Part shown: positions 1-9,490 of the stretch, one piece after another
Position numbering within the stretch: position 1 is the first letter of the stretch
How the letters are laid out: the number at the start of each line of letters is the position of its first letter
NCBI GenBank assembly: GCA_042572295.1
Contig: JBHPFA010000001.1
Location: 9,583-73,582 of the forward strand
Direction of reading: 5' to 3'
Length of the DNA stretch: 64,000 nt
DNA from: Nanobdellota archaeon
GTDB taxonomy: Archaea > Nanobdellota > Nanobdellia > Pacearchaeales > JAHJTO01
Translations under genes and position numbers: made by a program
Notes under the pieces: model-generated
What the model was told of the DNA's origin: nothing
The model's database searches: none
The model's input: the letters and a program-made list of their open reading frames with translations, nothing else

Positions 1-215
1 TAGACTCCACTGTTGTCAATTGAGACTCTTGCTGTTTTCTTTCCTAATGCAAGAACTGTTCCTGATACAAAAGGTGGTTGGCTAAGCCTTTCGACTTCCT
101 CTTGCAAGATCAAGATGCTTTTCTTTAGCTTATCTGTTCCTTTGCCTTCAGCAAGCTCTTCTTGCAGCATGAGGACGCTTTTCTTCAGTCTTTCTAGTTC
201 GTTTTTTTCAGCCAT
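1..215 (-). CDS. Proteasome-activating nucleotidase-like AAA+ ATPase, N-terminal fragment, 5' partial (truncated by window start)
   Basis: Minus-strand ATG at 213-215 translates MAEKNELERLKKSVLMLQEELAEG...LSQPPFVSGTVLALGKKTARVSIDNSGV. This is a coiled coil followed by a PPxxxGTVxExL...A.V...G OB-domain start, as in PAN. The listed plus-strand 13..240 ORF is its antisense shadow. Confidence 0.5.
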   Translation of the reverse strand, partial: MAEKNELERLKKSVLMLQEELAEGKGTDKLKKSILILQEEVERLSQPPFVSGTVLALGKKTARVSIDNSGV

Positions 216-331
216 TTTGTTTTTCCTTATTCTATTATAGTCTGGATTTTACTTAACTCTGCGTTGTAGGTATTTGTACAACACTTTTTGTTTTAATAAT
301 ATTTTTTGCTTGAAATATTCCTTATGGAATA

Positions 332-568
332 TTATTCATATCCCCCGTAAGATCCATAAAACTTCTCATCAAAGGTTTGGTTTTCCTTAAATCCATAGTT
401 GTCAGATGCATCCTGTAGTGCTTCTTCTGTGTTAAGTCTAGATTCAAGACTAATGCCTTTATAGGTAAGTTCTATTTTAGGGTTAGAATTTTGTTCTTCC
501 ATACTAATGTATAGAGTTGTATTAAACATAAACATTACTGACAAAAATAGGGGCCTAGTGTTGTACAT
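332..568 (-). CDS. hypothetical small protein (78 aa)
   Basis: ORF with no recognisable motif. An internal Met (MEEQNS...) is a possible shorter start. Confidence 0.3.
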   Translation of the reverse strand: MYNTRPLFLSVMFMFNTTLYISMEEQNSNPKIELTYKGISLESRLNTEEALQDASDNYGFKENQTFDEKFYGSYGGYE

Positions 569-606
569 TTAGAAAAGTTTAAATATTAGATAATCTATCC
601 TATAAT

Positions 607-1431
607 ATGTTTGATTTAGATATGAGTAAGAAAATCAGTGATTTTGTGTATATTAAACCTAGAACTGTTGATGAGATAGCTAAACATATAGGTAAGAATT
701 GGCGTACTGCTGATAGGTATGTTAAAAGGATCTCTGAAGAACAGGGTACTATTTCAATGAGGACTTTTAGAGAAGGGACAAAAGGGGCTTTGAAGTTAGT
801 GTTCTGGAACAATATTGAGAAGATTCATTCAAGCACTTTTCAAGAAAGGTTGTTTTATAGGATTACAAGAGGTATAAGAAAGAGTGATTTTAGTCCTTTT
901 GACATTTATCAACACATAGGAAATGGGAAGAAGGTAGCTCATTTGTTTGAACAAGAGAGAAAGATGTTTGCAGAGTTTGTACCTATGTTAAAACAGGCTG
1001 AAAAGCAGGTTTTATTCTTTTCAGGAAATTTATCTTGGGTTAAACAAAAGGGTTTTATTGAAGCTTTGGAAGAATTGGCTAAGCGAAAGGTCATTATAAA
1101 AATTATTACAAGGATTGATTATACTGGGATAGAAAATATAAGAGCAGTTCTTGGTATAAATAATAAAGTTGGGAGAACTGCTATTGAGATTAAGCATAAA
1201 GAACAACCATTAAGGGGGGCGATAATTGATAATAAGCTTGTCAATTTTAAGGAAGTAAAAGATCCGGTATTTAATCCAAGTTTAAAGAAGAAGTCTTGTA
1301 TCTCTTATCAGTTATTTGATAAGGATTGGATTGAGTGGTTGCAGAAAGTGTTTTGGCATATGTTTGCAGACGGTATCGGTGCAGAGAAAAGATTTGAAGA
1401 GATTGATACTATTCATAAAATTTTAGATTAA
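607..1431 (+). CDS. winged-helix DNA-binding domain protein, putative regulator
   Basis: N-terminal segment VDEIAKHIGKNWRTADRYVKRISEEQGTI resembles a wHTH. The rest is unknown. ATG immediately follows TATAAT-like context. Confidence 0.45.
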   Translation: MFDLDMSKKISDFVYIKPRTVDEIAKHIGKNWRTADRYVKRISEEQGTISMRTFREGTKGALKLVFWNNIEKIHSSTFQERLFYRITRGIRKSDFSPFDIYQHIGNGKKVAHLFEQERKMFAEFVPMLKQAEKQVLFFSGNLSWVKQKGFIEALEELAKRKVIIKIITRIDYTGIENIRAVLGINNKVGRTAIEIKHKEQPLRGAIIDNKLVNFKEVKDPVFNPSLKKKSCISYQLFDKDWIEWLQKVFWHMFADGIGAEKRFEEIDTIHKILD

Positions 1432-1432
1432 A

Positions 1433-2269
1433 ATGAAACCAAAAGTAAATTTCCATTTGCATTCGACTGGGTCTGATGGAAAATTAAAACCAGAAGAAGT
1501 TGTTAAGCTGTCTATCAAGGCTGGTTTAGAGCATATTTGTTTTACAGATCATCACCTTTATCCTAAAATTCTTGGTAAGAAGGTTGGATGGTCTGGTTCT
1601 GTACATCATAAAGAGCCTTACTATAAAGAAGTTTTAAGATTAAAGAAGAAATATGCTAAAAAAATATGTATTGGTTATGGTGCGGAATTTGATTGGTTTG
1701 AAGATTATCAAGCTTTTACTAAGAAGCAATTGAAATCAAGACCTTTTGATTTTATTTTGGGAGCTATTCATGTTTTCAAGTTGAGAGATGGAAGTTACTT
1801 CAATGTAAATGATATGAGGAAAGATATGAGCGGTCCTATGAAGAAGTATGGTATGGAGAGTATTGTTAAAGGATATTATAAGACTCTTAGGAATCTAATA
1901 AAGTCTGAATTATTTGATTGTGTTGCTCATTTTGATGTAATCAAAATAAGGAATGCTGATAAGAGGTGCTTTTCTGAAAAATCTAAGTGGTATAAGGATG
2001 AAGCCTTGAAGACATTAAATGTTTTACAAAAGAGTGGAATGTGTATGGAAATAAATACTGGTGCTAAGAGAGCCGGTTTGAAGGGGAATTATCCTGCTGA
2101 ATGGATCTTGAAAGAGGCTTTCAAAAGAAGGATTCCAATAACAATAGGTTCAGATGGACATAAAAATGTCGATTTAGGATTGAAAGAAGGTTATCAGATG
2201 GCTAAATCTGTGGGTTATAAGACTTTATGGGTATTTGAAGGAAGAAAGAGAAGAGAAATTAAGATTTAA
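1433..2269 (+). CDS. PHP-family metal-dependent phosphoesterase (histidinol-phosphatase-like)
   Basis: N-terminal FHLHSTGSDG motif (PHP motif I), later CFTDHH, and C-terminal GSDGH. Start lies 2 nt after the upstream stop, suggesting co-transcription. Confidence 0.7.
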   Translation: MKPKVNFHLHSTGSDGKLKPEEVVKLSIKAGLEHICFTDHHLYPKILGKKVGWSGSVHHKEPYYKEVLRLKKKYAKKICIGYGAEFDWFEDYQAFTKKQLKSRPFDFILGAIHVFKLRDGSYFNVNDMRKDMSGPMKKYGMESIVKGYYKTLRNLIKSELFDCVAHFDVIKIRNADKRCFSEKSKWYKDEALKTLNVLQKSGMCMEINTGAKRAGLKGNYPAEWILKEAFKRRIPITIGSDGHKNVDLGLKEGYQMAKSVGYKTLWVFEGRKRREIKI

Positions 2270-2309
2270 GACTAAATAAAATACTTAAAAAAATAAAAAA
2301 AGTAAGAAT

Positions 2310-2486
2310 TTACTTCTTAGCTTCTTCAGGTTTTTTCTTGCCTATGATTTTATACATGTTTGTGTTGCAAGTTGAGCATTTTCCTTTCATAGCAGCCATT
2401 TCTCCACCTCTACTCTTCATTGTAGTATCTTCAGTGTCTTTCATTTCTCTCTTAGCTTTGCATTTTACACAATATCCTTCTACCAT
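2310..2486 (-). CDS. small zinc-ribbon protein (58 aa, CxxC..CxxC)
   Basis: Not in the ORF track (<60 aa). Translates MVEGYCVKCKAKREMKDTEDTTMKSRGGEMAAMKGKCSTCNTNMYKIIGKKKPEEAKK. GGAGGT lies 8 nt upstream, a TTTAAAAC TATA box lies upstream, and a T-run follows the stop. Confidence 0.6.
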   Translation of the reverse strand: MVEGYCVKCKAKREMKDTEDTTMKSRGGEMAAMKGKCSTCNTNMYKIIGKKKPEEAKK

Positions 2487-2614
2487 TTGATCATTAACCT
2501 CCTTGTTTTTATGAGTAAAATAAGGGTTTTAAAGCTTACGAAGTCAGGATACTACTTAGGGATGAGAGTGTTCTCACTCTAAAAATTGACTTAAAAAATA
2601 AAAAAAGTAAGAAT

Positions 2615-2764
2615 TTACTTTTTCTTACCTAAGATTTTATACATGTTTGTACCGCATTTAGTACATTTTCCTTTTGCTGCCATCATTCCGTTCTTCATTT
2701 CTACTTCGGCAACATCTTTCATCTCTCTATTTTCTTTACATTTCATGCATCTTCCTTCTACCAT
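2615..2764 (-). CDS. small zinc-ribbon protein, tandem paralog (49 aa)
   Basis: Translates MVEGRCMKCKENREMKDVAEVEMKNGMMAAKGKCTKCGTNMYKILGKKK. Its promoter, SD and terminator flanks are shared with the 2310..2486 gene. Confidence 0.6.
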   Translation of the reverse strand: MVEGRCMKCKENREMKDVAEVEMKNGMMAAKGKCTKCGTNMYKILGKKK

Positions 2765-2855
2765 TTGATCATTAACCTCCGTATATTTATGAGTAAAATA
2801 ACCGTTTTAAAGCTTTCTTACTGAGAATACTACTTTAGAATAGGGTGTTTTTGGT

Positions 2856-4085
2856 TTAAATGTCTCCCCAGCCGATTAGTCTCCAGTGACCACCAAGATT
2901 TCTAGCCATTCCTACTTTGCTTCCAGGAATTAGAACTACTGGGATTCTTAAGCTCATTTCTATTTCGTTTCCTTTAACTTTTGTTACTCTTCCTACAGAG
3001 ATAGTTGTGTTTATGCTTAAGAGTAAGAATTCTTGAGATTTTATTGGAGAAACTTCCAATTTCTTTTCAGAACCTATGATTTCTTTGAATAGGTTCAGTT
3101 TTAGTTTAAGTGTTTCACTTAATTCTGGAAGAGTGCCTGCTTTTCCAATTACACATCCTGATAAATTATCTGATTTAGTCAATGCAGGATCTAGAGTTGT
3201 CTGAATTGCTAAAGATCCTGATGGGGAAGCTTCATCTAATTTGAATTTTCCTGCTTGTAATCCTAAAATCTTTGTTTTTAGGGTTGTGTAGATTGTTTTA
3301 TCATGTTTCTTTGTTGAAAGTCCTGGTTTTATTTCAATTTCATCTCCTACTTTGAATGTTCCTTGTTTTAGTGTTCCTCCTAAAACTCCTCCATTAATTT
3401 TTGAGATTTCTGATCCTGGTTTATTAATATCAAAACTTCTTGCTACAAAGAAAATTGGGTCTCCTTTAACATCTCTTTTTGGAATTTCTAATTTAGTTAT
3501 CTCTTCAAGAACTGCACTTAAGTTAACTCCTTGTTTTGCTGAAACTGGAATTATTGGAGCTTTTTCAGCAACAGTTCCTTTTACAAATTCTTTGATTTGT
3601 TTATAGTTTTCCATTGCTTTTTCTTTTGTAACTGCATCTACTTTGTTTTGGACTATGATTATGTTTTTCATACCTCTTGCTTGTAGAGCTACTAAATGTT
3701 CTTTTGTTTGTGGTCTTGGGCAAGGTTCATTTGCTGCTATTACTAACAAAGCAGCATCCATTATTGCTGAACCTGAAAGCATTGCTGCCATAAGCATTTC
3801 GTGTCCTGGAACATCTACAAAGCTTACATGTCTTATTGGAGTGGAGTCTTCCCCACATTTACATGAAGCTCCTGCAGTATAACCACAGTCTTTACATTTG
3901 CTTATTACAACATCAGAATAACCTAATTTTATTGTGATTCCTCTTTTGAGCTCTTCACTATGGGTGTCAGACCATTTTCCTGATAATTTATACAATAAAG
4001 TAGTCTTTCCGTGGTCAATATGTCCAACCATACCGATGTTTAACAAAGGCTGTTTTGTGATTTGTTCAGTTTTCTGTTTAGTCAT
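2856..4085 (-). CDS. eif2g: translation initiation factor 2 gamma subunit (aIF2-gamma)
   Basis: GHIDHGKTT G1 motif, DVPGHE, NKVD, and the zinc ribbon CKDCGYTAGASCKCG typical of a/eIF2-gamma. 409 aa. Confidence 0.95.
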   Translation of the reverse strand: MTKQKTEQITKQPLLNIGMVGHIDHGKTTLLYKLSGKWSDTHSEELKRGITIKLGYSDVVISKCKDCGYTAGASCKCGEDSTPIRHVSFVDVPGHEMLMAAMLSGSAIMDAALLVIAANEPCPRPQTKEHLVALQARGMKNIIIVQNKVDAVTKEKAMENYKQIKEFVKGTVAEKAPIIPVSAKQGVNLSAVLEEITKLEIPKRDVKGDPIFFVARSFDINKPGSEISKINGGVLGGTLKQGTFKVGDEIEIKPGLSTKKHDKTIYTTLKTKILGLQAGKFKLDEASPSGSLAIQTTLDPALTKSDNLSGCVIGKAGTLPELSETLKLKLNLFKEIIGSEKKLEVSPIKSQEFLLLSINTTISVGRVTKVKGNEIEMSLRIPVVLIPGSKVGMARNLGGHWRLIGWGDI

Positions 4086-4119
4086 ATTTTTTCCAAGAGA
4101 AGTTGTCTTTTAAATCCTT

Positions 4120-5073
4120 TTATTTACTTCTTGTCTCGAGTCTTCTTTTTTCAGCTAGTTCTCTAAGATTTCCAGAATAGTGGAATTTCTTATTATACCA
4201 CTTAGGTAGTTTGCTATTTTCTGTAGAAACTGTTTTGAATTTCAATTTGCCGTCTAAATAAGCCCTTTCATCTTTACTTAATGGCCTATTTTCGTAAATG
4301 TCTCTAAAAATATCTAATATTGCTTCTGCATATTCTTCTCTTCCCCCATATTTTTTGGTTATTTTTGGCAGGAAAGGGGCTTTTTCTAGTTTCATTGGTC
4401 TTTTCCTCTGATTCTTTTTCATAAGACTAAAGTATTGGTTTTCAGGAACATAGATTGTGATCTTTCCCAGTAAAGATTTTCTAAATTCTGCAAATTCTTT
4501 TGCAGGAATCTTTTTTACTCTTTCTTCTAGGCCCATTTTACTTTCCCAATAAGGGTTCATTTCTTTTTCCATTAAATCTAATTCTGTTTGTAATTGCCCA
4601 GGCATTGTTTTTAAGACCTTGTTTCTACTATTGTTATATATTGCAGCTCCACTGTCTATTGATTTGCCCTTTTTTCCTGGTTCTTTGCCACCTATGTATA
4701 GAGATAATATATCATATGGGTAGAGTACTTTTCTTTTAGTCCCAGAAACATCATTACGTAATTTTGAAGTGTCTAATTTCACACTAGTGGGTCTTTTTGA
4801 AGAGTAAAACCCTGCAGCTATGGATAACATCTCTTTCATATCGAGTAAGTCACACATATTGTATGTGAATTTTAATTTCATTAAGGATCTATATGTATCT
4901 TCTAGAAATCCTTTATGGCCTTGGAATGCTTGAGTGAGGAATTCCTTTTTTAACCCAAATGTATCTAATGGGGTTCTGACTGCGCTAGGATAGCCATTTT
5001 CTTTTACAAATTTGCCTATAATATTTCCTTTATAGCCAGATTTTCTATTGAATACTTCGTGATGATTTGTCAT
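4120..5073 (-). CDS. hypothetical protein (317 aa)
   Basis: Long clean ORF, basic and Lys-rich, with no motif recognised. Probably co-transcribed with 5104..5661. Confidence 0.5.
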   Translation of the reverse strand: MTNHHEVFNRKSGYKGNIIGKFVKENGYPSAVRTPLDTFGLKKEFLTQAFQGHKGFLEDTYRSLMKLKFTYNMCDLLDMKEMLSIAAGFYSSKRPTSVKLDTSKLRNDVSGTKRKVLYPYDILSLYIGGKEPGKKGKSIDSGAAIYNNSRNKVLKTMPGQLQTELDLMEKEMNPYWESKMGLEERVKKIPAKEFAEFRKSLLGKITIYVPENQYFSLMKKNQRKRPMKLEKAPFLPKITKKYGGREEYAEAILDIFRDIYENRPLSKDERAYLDGKLKFKTVSTENSKLPKWYNKKFHYSGNLRELAEKRRLETRSK

Positions 5074-5103
5074 ATTAGATTTAGAAATAAGGGGTTCTTA
5101 AAA

Positions 5104-5661
5104 TTAATGTTTTTTAACGCTGTATTCTAAGCCTCTTTTATCAGCTTCTACTTTGATATCCTGTGCAGTTGGGAATTCTCTTTCGAATTCTTCATTACAG
5201 TGCTCGACTTTCATACCTTTGATTTTACTTACTGTCTTTTCCAATTTCTCGAATTTAGAAGGGGATAAGATGATAGGTTGTAAGTTATGTACATAAATTG
5301 TTGAATGAAAGTCTATTTCATCTCTGTTTTCTTGAGGCAATGTTCTCTTTTTAGGGCAAGGTCCAGCCTCTCTGTATTTCTCTGATAATTCTCTGAAATG
5401 CTCAACTGGAAGAGATTCTTCATCTATAAATCTCCTGAATAAGTTTCCAGCGCTATAATTCAAGAAATATTCATGGAAAAGGAGTAGATTGCTGTATCTT
5501 TCTCTAGGTGTGAAGCCATTTGAGGTTATAGGCCACAATATTTTTTCCTTGTATAGCTTTTGATATATTTCGTTTCCAAGCAATTTTAATGTAGAATGTA
5601 TGACAGAATGTGCCCTTTCTCCATATACTCTTGATTTCTTGTTGTTTCTTTTTGAGAACAT
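5104..5661 (-). CDS. hypothetical protein (185 aa)
   Basis: Clean ORF with no motif recognised. A TATA-like TTTTATATATAG sits in the divergent intergenic region at 5770-5790. Confidence 0.5.
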   Translation of the reverse strand: MFSKRNNKKSRVYGERAHSVIHSTLKLLGNEIYQKLYKEKILWPITSNGFTPRERYSNLLLFHEYFLNYSAGNLFRRFIDEESLPVEHFRELSEKYREAGPCPKKRTLPQENRDEIDFHSTIYVHNLQPIILSPSKFEKLEKTVSKIKGMKVEHCNEEFEREFPTAQDIKVEADKRGLEYSVKKH

Positions 5662-5797
5662 CTTAACCTTTTTTTATAGTAAAAAGAACCTTTATATATT
5701 TTTCCATTAACCCCCTTTTGGTGACGAAAAGATTTATCCAGAGTCAGTAGTGTCATTTATTCGAAAATTTTATATATAGTCTTTTTTTTGGGTTTCT

Positions 5798-6061
5798 ATG
5801 GGTATTGGAATTGATTCATTAGTTGAAGGAGTAAGTGCAGTTGCTTTAATTGGAGGGGCATATGCTGGAATTAAGTATTATCCAAGAGTTCTTCGATTTA
5901 TTGGTGAGAATGTTCTACAGATGGGCTCGGGGAGTCCATTTAAGAAAGATACCCCTTATACTGGGTTGGAAAAAAAAGAGGATTACTCTAAAGGTTTGTT
6001 AAAGACTAGAAAAAAGATGGAAATGCTTGAGAGCGGATTATCTGAAGAAGATTTAAATTGA
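5798..6061 (+). CDS. hypothetical small protein with N-terminal hydrophobic segment (87 aa)
   Basis: ORF preceded by a TATA-like box. Its 3' end overlaps the end of ppsA by 9 nt (convergent). Confidence 0.35.
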   Translation: MGIGIDSLVEGVSAVALIGGAYAGIKYYPRVLRFIGENVLQMGSGSPFKKDTPYTGLEKKEDYSKGLLKTRKKMEMLESGLSEEDLN

Positions 6062-8572
6062 TAATGTGCTGTTTTCTATTCTATTTACTTGATCTTTTGT
6101 CTTATTTACAGTATCAGGGTTTACTGAGATACTGTTGATGCCTTGTTTTACTAAGAATTCGGTCATCTCTGGATAAACTGAAGGGGCTTGGCCACAAATA
6201 CTTACAGATTTGTTGTGTTTATGGAAACCTTTGATTATATTACTTAATGCGACTAAGACTGCTTTGTTTCTTTCATCAAAATAACCCATTCTTCCTAATA
6301 ATGCAGAATCTCTATCTACTCCTAAAACTAATTGCGTTAAGTCATTGCTTCCTATTGAAGCACCATCAATTGGAAGCTTTGCAAACTCTTCAGGAATTAA
6401 AGCCATGCTTGGGACTTCTGCCATTAGTAAAACTTTGAAGTCTTCACTTCTTTCTAATCCTTCTGTTTTCATTATTTCTAAGCATTTTAGCACTTCACTT
6501 GTGTTTCTTACAAATGGAAGCATTACTTGAACATTTTTGTTTTGTTCTCTTACTTTTTTGATTGCTTTACATTCAAGTCTGAATGCTTTTTCAAAACCTT
6601 CCGAAACATATCTTGAAATTCCTCTGTATCCAATCATAGGATTTGATTCATATAGTTCATATTTTTCTCCACCTTCTAATCCTTTGTACTCATTTGATCT
6701 AAGGTCTGAGAATCTTACGATTACTGGTTTTGGAGAGATTGTTGAAGCAACTTTTGATATTCCCTCTGCTAATTTATCTATGTATTCTTGTTGTTGATTA
6801 AGTTCAATCATGTATAATGGATGTTTTTTGATTTCTGAAGCGATTATGAATTCAACCCTCATTAAACCTATTCCATCAAAATCTAGGTTTCTGTATTTTT
6901 CAATTGCATTTGGTTGTCCCAAGTTCATGTATATCTTTGTTTTTGTTTCAGTCTTAGGAGTTTGAGGTGATTCTACTCTTGCAAGTTCATCTAATACATT
7001 TTCTTCTTGTGCTTCTTGTGGTAGTGTTAGAGCCTGTGGTTTTACTTCATGAGTTGTTTGTGTTTTAGTTTCTCCTTTGTAGACTTTTCCATTTTTTCCA
7101 TCTATTGTGATTACTTGTCCTTCTTTTAGTTCCAAAGTAGCCTTCATTGTTCCAACAATACAAGGAATTCCTAGTTCTCTTGAGATTATGGCTGCGTGAG
7201 CAGTCATTCCTCCTTCATCAGTTACTATTGCTGAAGCTTTTTGCATTGTAACAACCATATCTGGGTTAGTCATTTTTGTTACAAGTACGTCTCCAGATTG
7301 TATTTTTGATAAGTCTGCTAAGTCTTTGATTATTTTTACAGTTCCTGTTGCAACTCCTGGAGATGCTGGAAGACCTTCAAGTATTACTTCTCCAGTAACT
7401 TCTTCCATACTTATTTCTTTTTCATGAGTTGTTACTGGGCGAGTTTGTAGGATGTAGACTTTTCCATATTCCGTTCCCCATTCGATATCTTGAGGAACTT
7501 TGTAGTGGTCTTCGAGTTGTTTTGCATATGTGGCAATTCTTGTCAAGTCATATGAGTCAAGAACTTGTTCTTTTTTCTTTTCATCTATAAGTTCTTTTTG
7601 TATTGTTTCTCCTGCTGCACTTCTTGTGAAGTAGGTGTTTTTTATTGATACTTTTTTTGAAATAGGTTTTAATGTTGCTTTATCAACAACATAATGATCT
7701 GGAGATATTGCCCCTGAGACTATTCCTTCACCCAATCCAAAAACTGCTTCTATCACTATCTCATTTGAATTGTTTGTTGTTGGATTTATTGTGAATGTGA
7801 CTCCTGATTTGTCTGAATTAATCATCTTCTGAACAATTATTGCAATTAGAACTTTTTCCTGAGGGAAACCTTTTTTATGTCTGTAGTAAGTCGCTCTTGC
7901 TGTGAATAAAGAAGCCCAACATCTCTTTACAGCATCTACTAGATTTCTCCAACCTTTTATGTTTAGGTAAGTATCTTGTTGACCTGCAAAACTTGCTCCT
8001 GCCAAATCTTCTGCTGTTGCAGATGAACGAACAGCAACAAAAGGTGGTTCTCTTGCTGTCTTTAATATGTTCAATACATTTTGAGAAGCTCTTTCTGCAA
8101 CTTCTCTACTGATGTCTAAGTTCTTGTAAGCCTTTTTTATCTCGTGTTCAACCTCTTCAGGCATTTCTTCTTGGATTACTAATTCTCTAATCTTATGTGT
8201 CCTGAATTCTAATTGTTTTGTGTCTTCAAAGTCTAGACCTTGAAGTATTGAGGCCATTTTTTGCTTTAATCCTGTTTTCTCTATGAATTTTTTATAAGAA
8301 CCTGCTGTTACAATAAATGCTGGAGGTACTGGAAGTTTTAAGTTGTACATCTCTGCAAGATTTGCACCTTTTCCTCCTCCAATAGAAACATCATCTTTTG
8401 TTATGTCAGATAACCAGACAACATCATTGCTTTTTATGAAATCACTTGCAGCTTTTTTTTCAAAATCAGTGGGAGGAGTAGGTTTTTCTTCATACTCTTC
8501 ATGAGTATCTTTGATCTTAGTATCTACTTCTTTTAGCAAATCATCTGCAGAAACTGTTTTTTCATCACCCAT
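6053..8572 (-). CDS. ppsA: phosphoenolpyruvate synthase (pyruvate, water dikinase)
   Basis: 839 aa. N-terminal ATP-grasp, central mobile phospho-His domain (GGMTAHAAIISRELGIPCIVG) and C-terminal PEP-utilising TIM barrel. Confidence 0.9.
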   Translation of the reverse strand: MGDEKTVSADDLLKEVDTKIKDTHEEYEEKPTPPTDFEKKAASDFIKSNDVVWLSDITKDDVSIGGGKGANLAEMYNLKLPVPPAFIVTAGSYKKFIEKTGLKQKMASILQGLDFEDTKQLEFRTHKIRELVIQEEMPEEVEHEIKKAYKNLDISREVAERASQNVLNILKTAREPPFVAVRSSATAEDLAGASFAGQQDTYLNIKGWRNLVDAVKRCWASLFTARATYYRHKKGFPQEKVLIAIIVQKMINSDKSGVTFTINPTTNNSNEIVIEAVFGLGEGIVSGAISPDHYVVDKATLKPISKKVSIKNTYFTRSAAGETIQKELIDEKKKEQVLDSYDLTRIATYAKQLEDHYKVPQDIEWGTEYGKVYILQTRPVTTHEKEISMEEVTGEVILEGLPASPGVATGTVKIIKDLADLSKIQSGDVLVTKMTNPDMVVTMQKASAIVTDEGGMTAHAAIISRELGIPCIVGTMKATLELKEGQVITIDGKNGKVYKGETKTQTTHEVKPQALTLPQEAQEENVLDELARVESPQTPKTETKTKIYMNLGQPNAIEKYRNLDFDGIGLMRVEFIIASEIKKHPLYMIELNQQQEYIDKLAEGISKVASTISPKPVIVRFSDLRSNEYKGLEGGEKYELYESNPMIGYRGISRYVSEGFEKAFRLECKAIKKVREQNKNVQVMLPFVRNTSEVLKCLEIMKTEGLERSEDFKVLLMAEVPSMALIPEEFAKLPIDGASIGSNDLTQLVLGVDRDSALLGRMGYFDERNKAVLVALSNIIKGFHKHNKSVSICGQAPSVYPEMTEFLVKQGINSISVNPDTVNKTKDQVNRIENSTLSI

Positions 8573-8623
8573 TTTGTTGATTGAAGATAGAGAAGTGATT
8601 TAATAAAGTTTTTGTATAAGAAA

Positions 8624-9154
8624 TTATTTATTAGTTATCTCTAAAGAAGTGGTCATACAGAATTTAGGCTTGATTTTCTTATAGATTGCTCTAAATTTGT
8701 TTATGTCACTTTCTGTGTTAAAGCCTAGAATTACTAATGGCTTCCCTACTCTAACTTGGGCAGCTTTTCCTACAGCTTTCCCAAAAGATTGGGACATTCC
8801 TGAGGACATTCTGTCTGCCTGTGCTACTGCTGCTTGTTTGTGTTCTCTAAGAATCTGGTGTGGATATACTGCTAAGTTCATGTAATAGTCCGTACCCACC
8901 TCGTTCTCTAATTGTCTGTGCATCTGGCTTCTGATTGCCTCTAATGCAACATCTCTTATTTGAGCGTTTTCTTTAGAAATGACTTTGACTGTAAATTTAT
9001 ATTTTCCATCTGTGAACTTTGCTGCGCCACCCATTACAAACTTGTTAATTGCTGTTGGTGGGACTGATCTAATATAAGCTTTAGCTCTTACTTTAGAATT
9101 TCTAGTGAAAGGTCTTTGTAATGCTTTATAGGGTGCTGGGTTTTTGATTGCCAT
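8624..9154 (-). CDS. rpl10e: 50S ribosomal protein L10e (uL16)
   Basis: 176 aa. MAIKNPAPYK..RPFTRNSKVR...FGKAVG pattern typical of archaeal/eukaryal L10e. Confidence 0.9.
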   Translation of the reverse strand: MAIKNPAPYKALQRPFTRNSKVRAKAYIRSVPPTAINKFVMGGAAKFTDGKYKFTVKVISKENAQIRDVALEAIRSQMHRQLENEVGTDYYMNLAVYPHQILREHKQAAVAQADRMSSGMSQSFGKAVGKAAQVRVGKPLVILGFNTESDINKFRAIYKKIKPKFCMTTSLEITNK

Positions 9155-9155
9155 T

Positions 9156-9413
9156 TTATTCTATCTTCACCTTAGTTGTTACTGCTTGTCCTGGAAGGCC
9201 TTTTTCGAAGATTACTCTGACTAGGCCTTTTCCACCATGAGGTGCTGAAACTTGGCCAACTATCTCCTTCTTAGCAGGGCTTGTCCATGTTACTTTCTTG
9301 CCCATTAATTTAGTAGCTTCTACCCTATCATCACAGCCATAAGGCTGAATAAGAAAGTGTCTATCTTTTTGAGTATATCTTCCACGTCTGAAGCTAACAA
9401 CTGTTCCTTCCAT
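9156..9413 (-). CDS. rpl35ae: 50S ribosomal protein L35Ae (eL33)
   Basis: 85 aa. Start lies 1 nt after the L10e stop. Pattern FRRGRYTQ...VKIE is L35Ae-like. Confidence 0.75.
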   Translation of the reverse strand: MEGTVVSFRRGRYTQKDRHFLIQPYGCDDRVEATKLMGKKVTWTSPAKKEIVGQVSAPHGGKGLVRVIFEKGLPGQAVTTKVKIE

Positions 9414-9490
9414 GTTTAAACTTAATTTTATCGGTTTTTAAATGTTTTGAGAGCTAAAACATTTATAAATAGTAAAGTCTAGTAATAAGC

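Noticed and set aside
13-240. 75-aa plus-strand ORF at the window start
   Set aside because: The opposite strand encodes a convincing coiled-coil plus OB-domain start (PAN-like) with a proper ATG at 213-215. The plus-strand ORF is low complexity and its antisense shadow.
3352-3882. Two plus-strand ORFs (84 and 79 aa) inside the aIF2-gamma gene
   Set aside because: Antisense shadows of a highly conserved gene. No motifs.
6247-6797. Three plus-strand ORFs inside ppsA
   Set aside because: Antisense to PEP synthase. Low-complexity translations.
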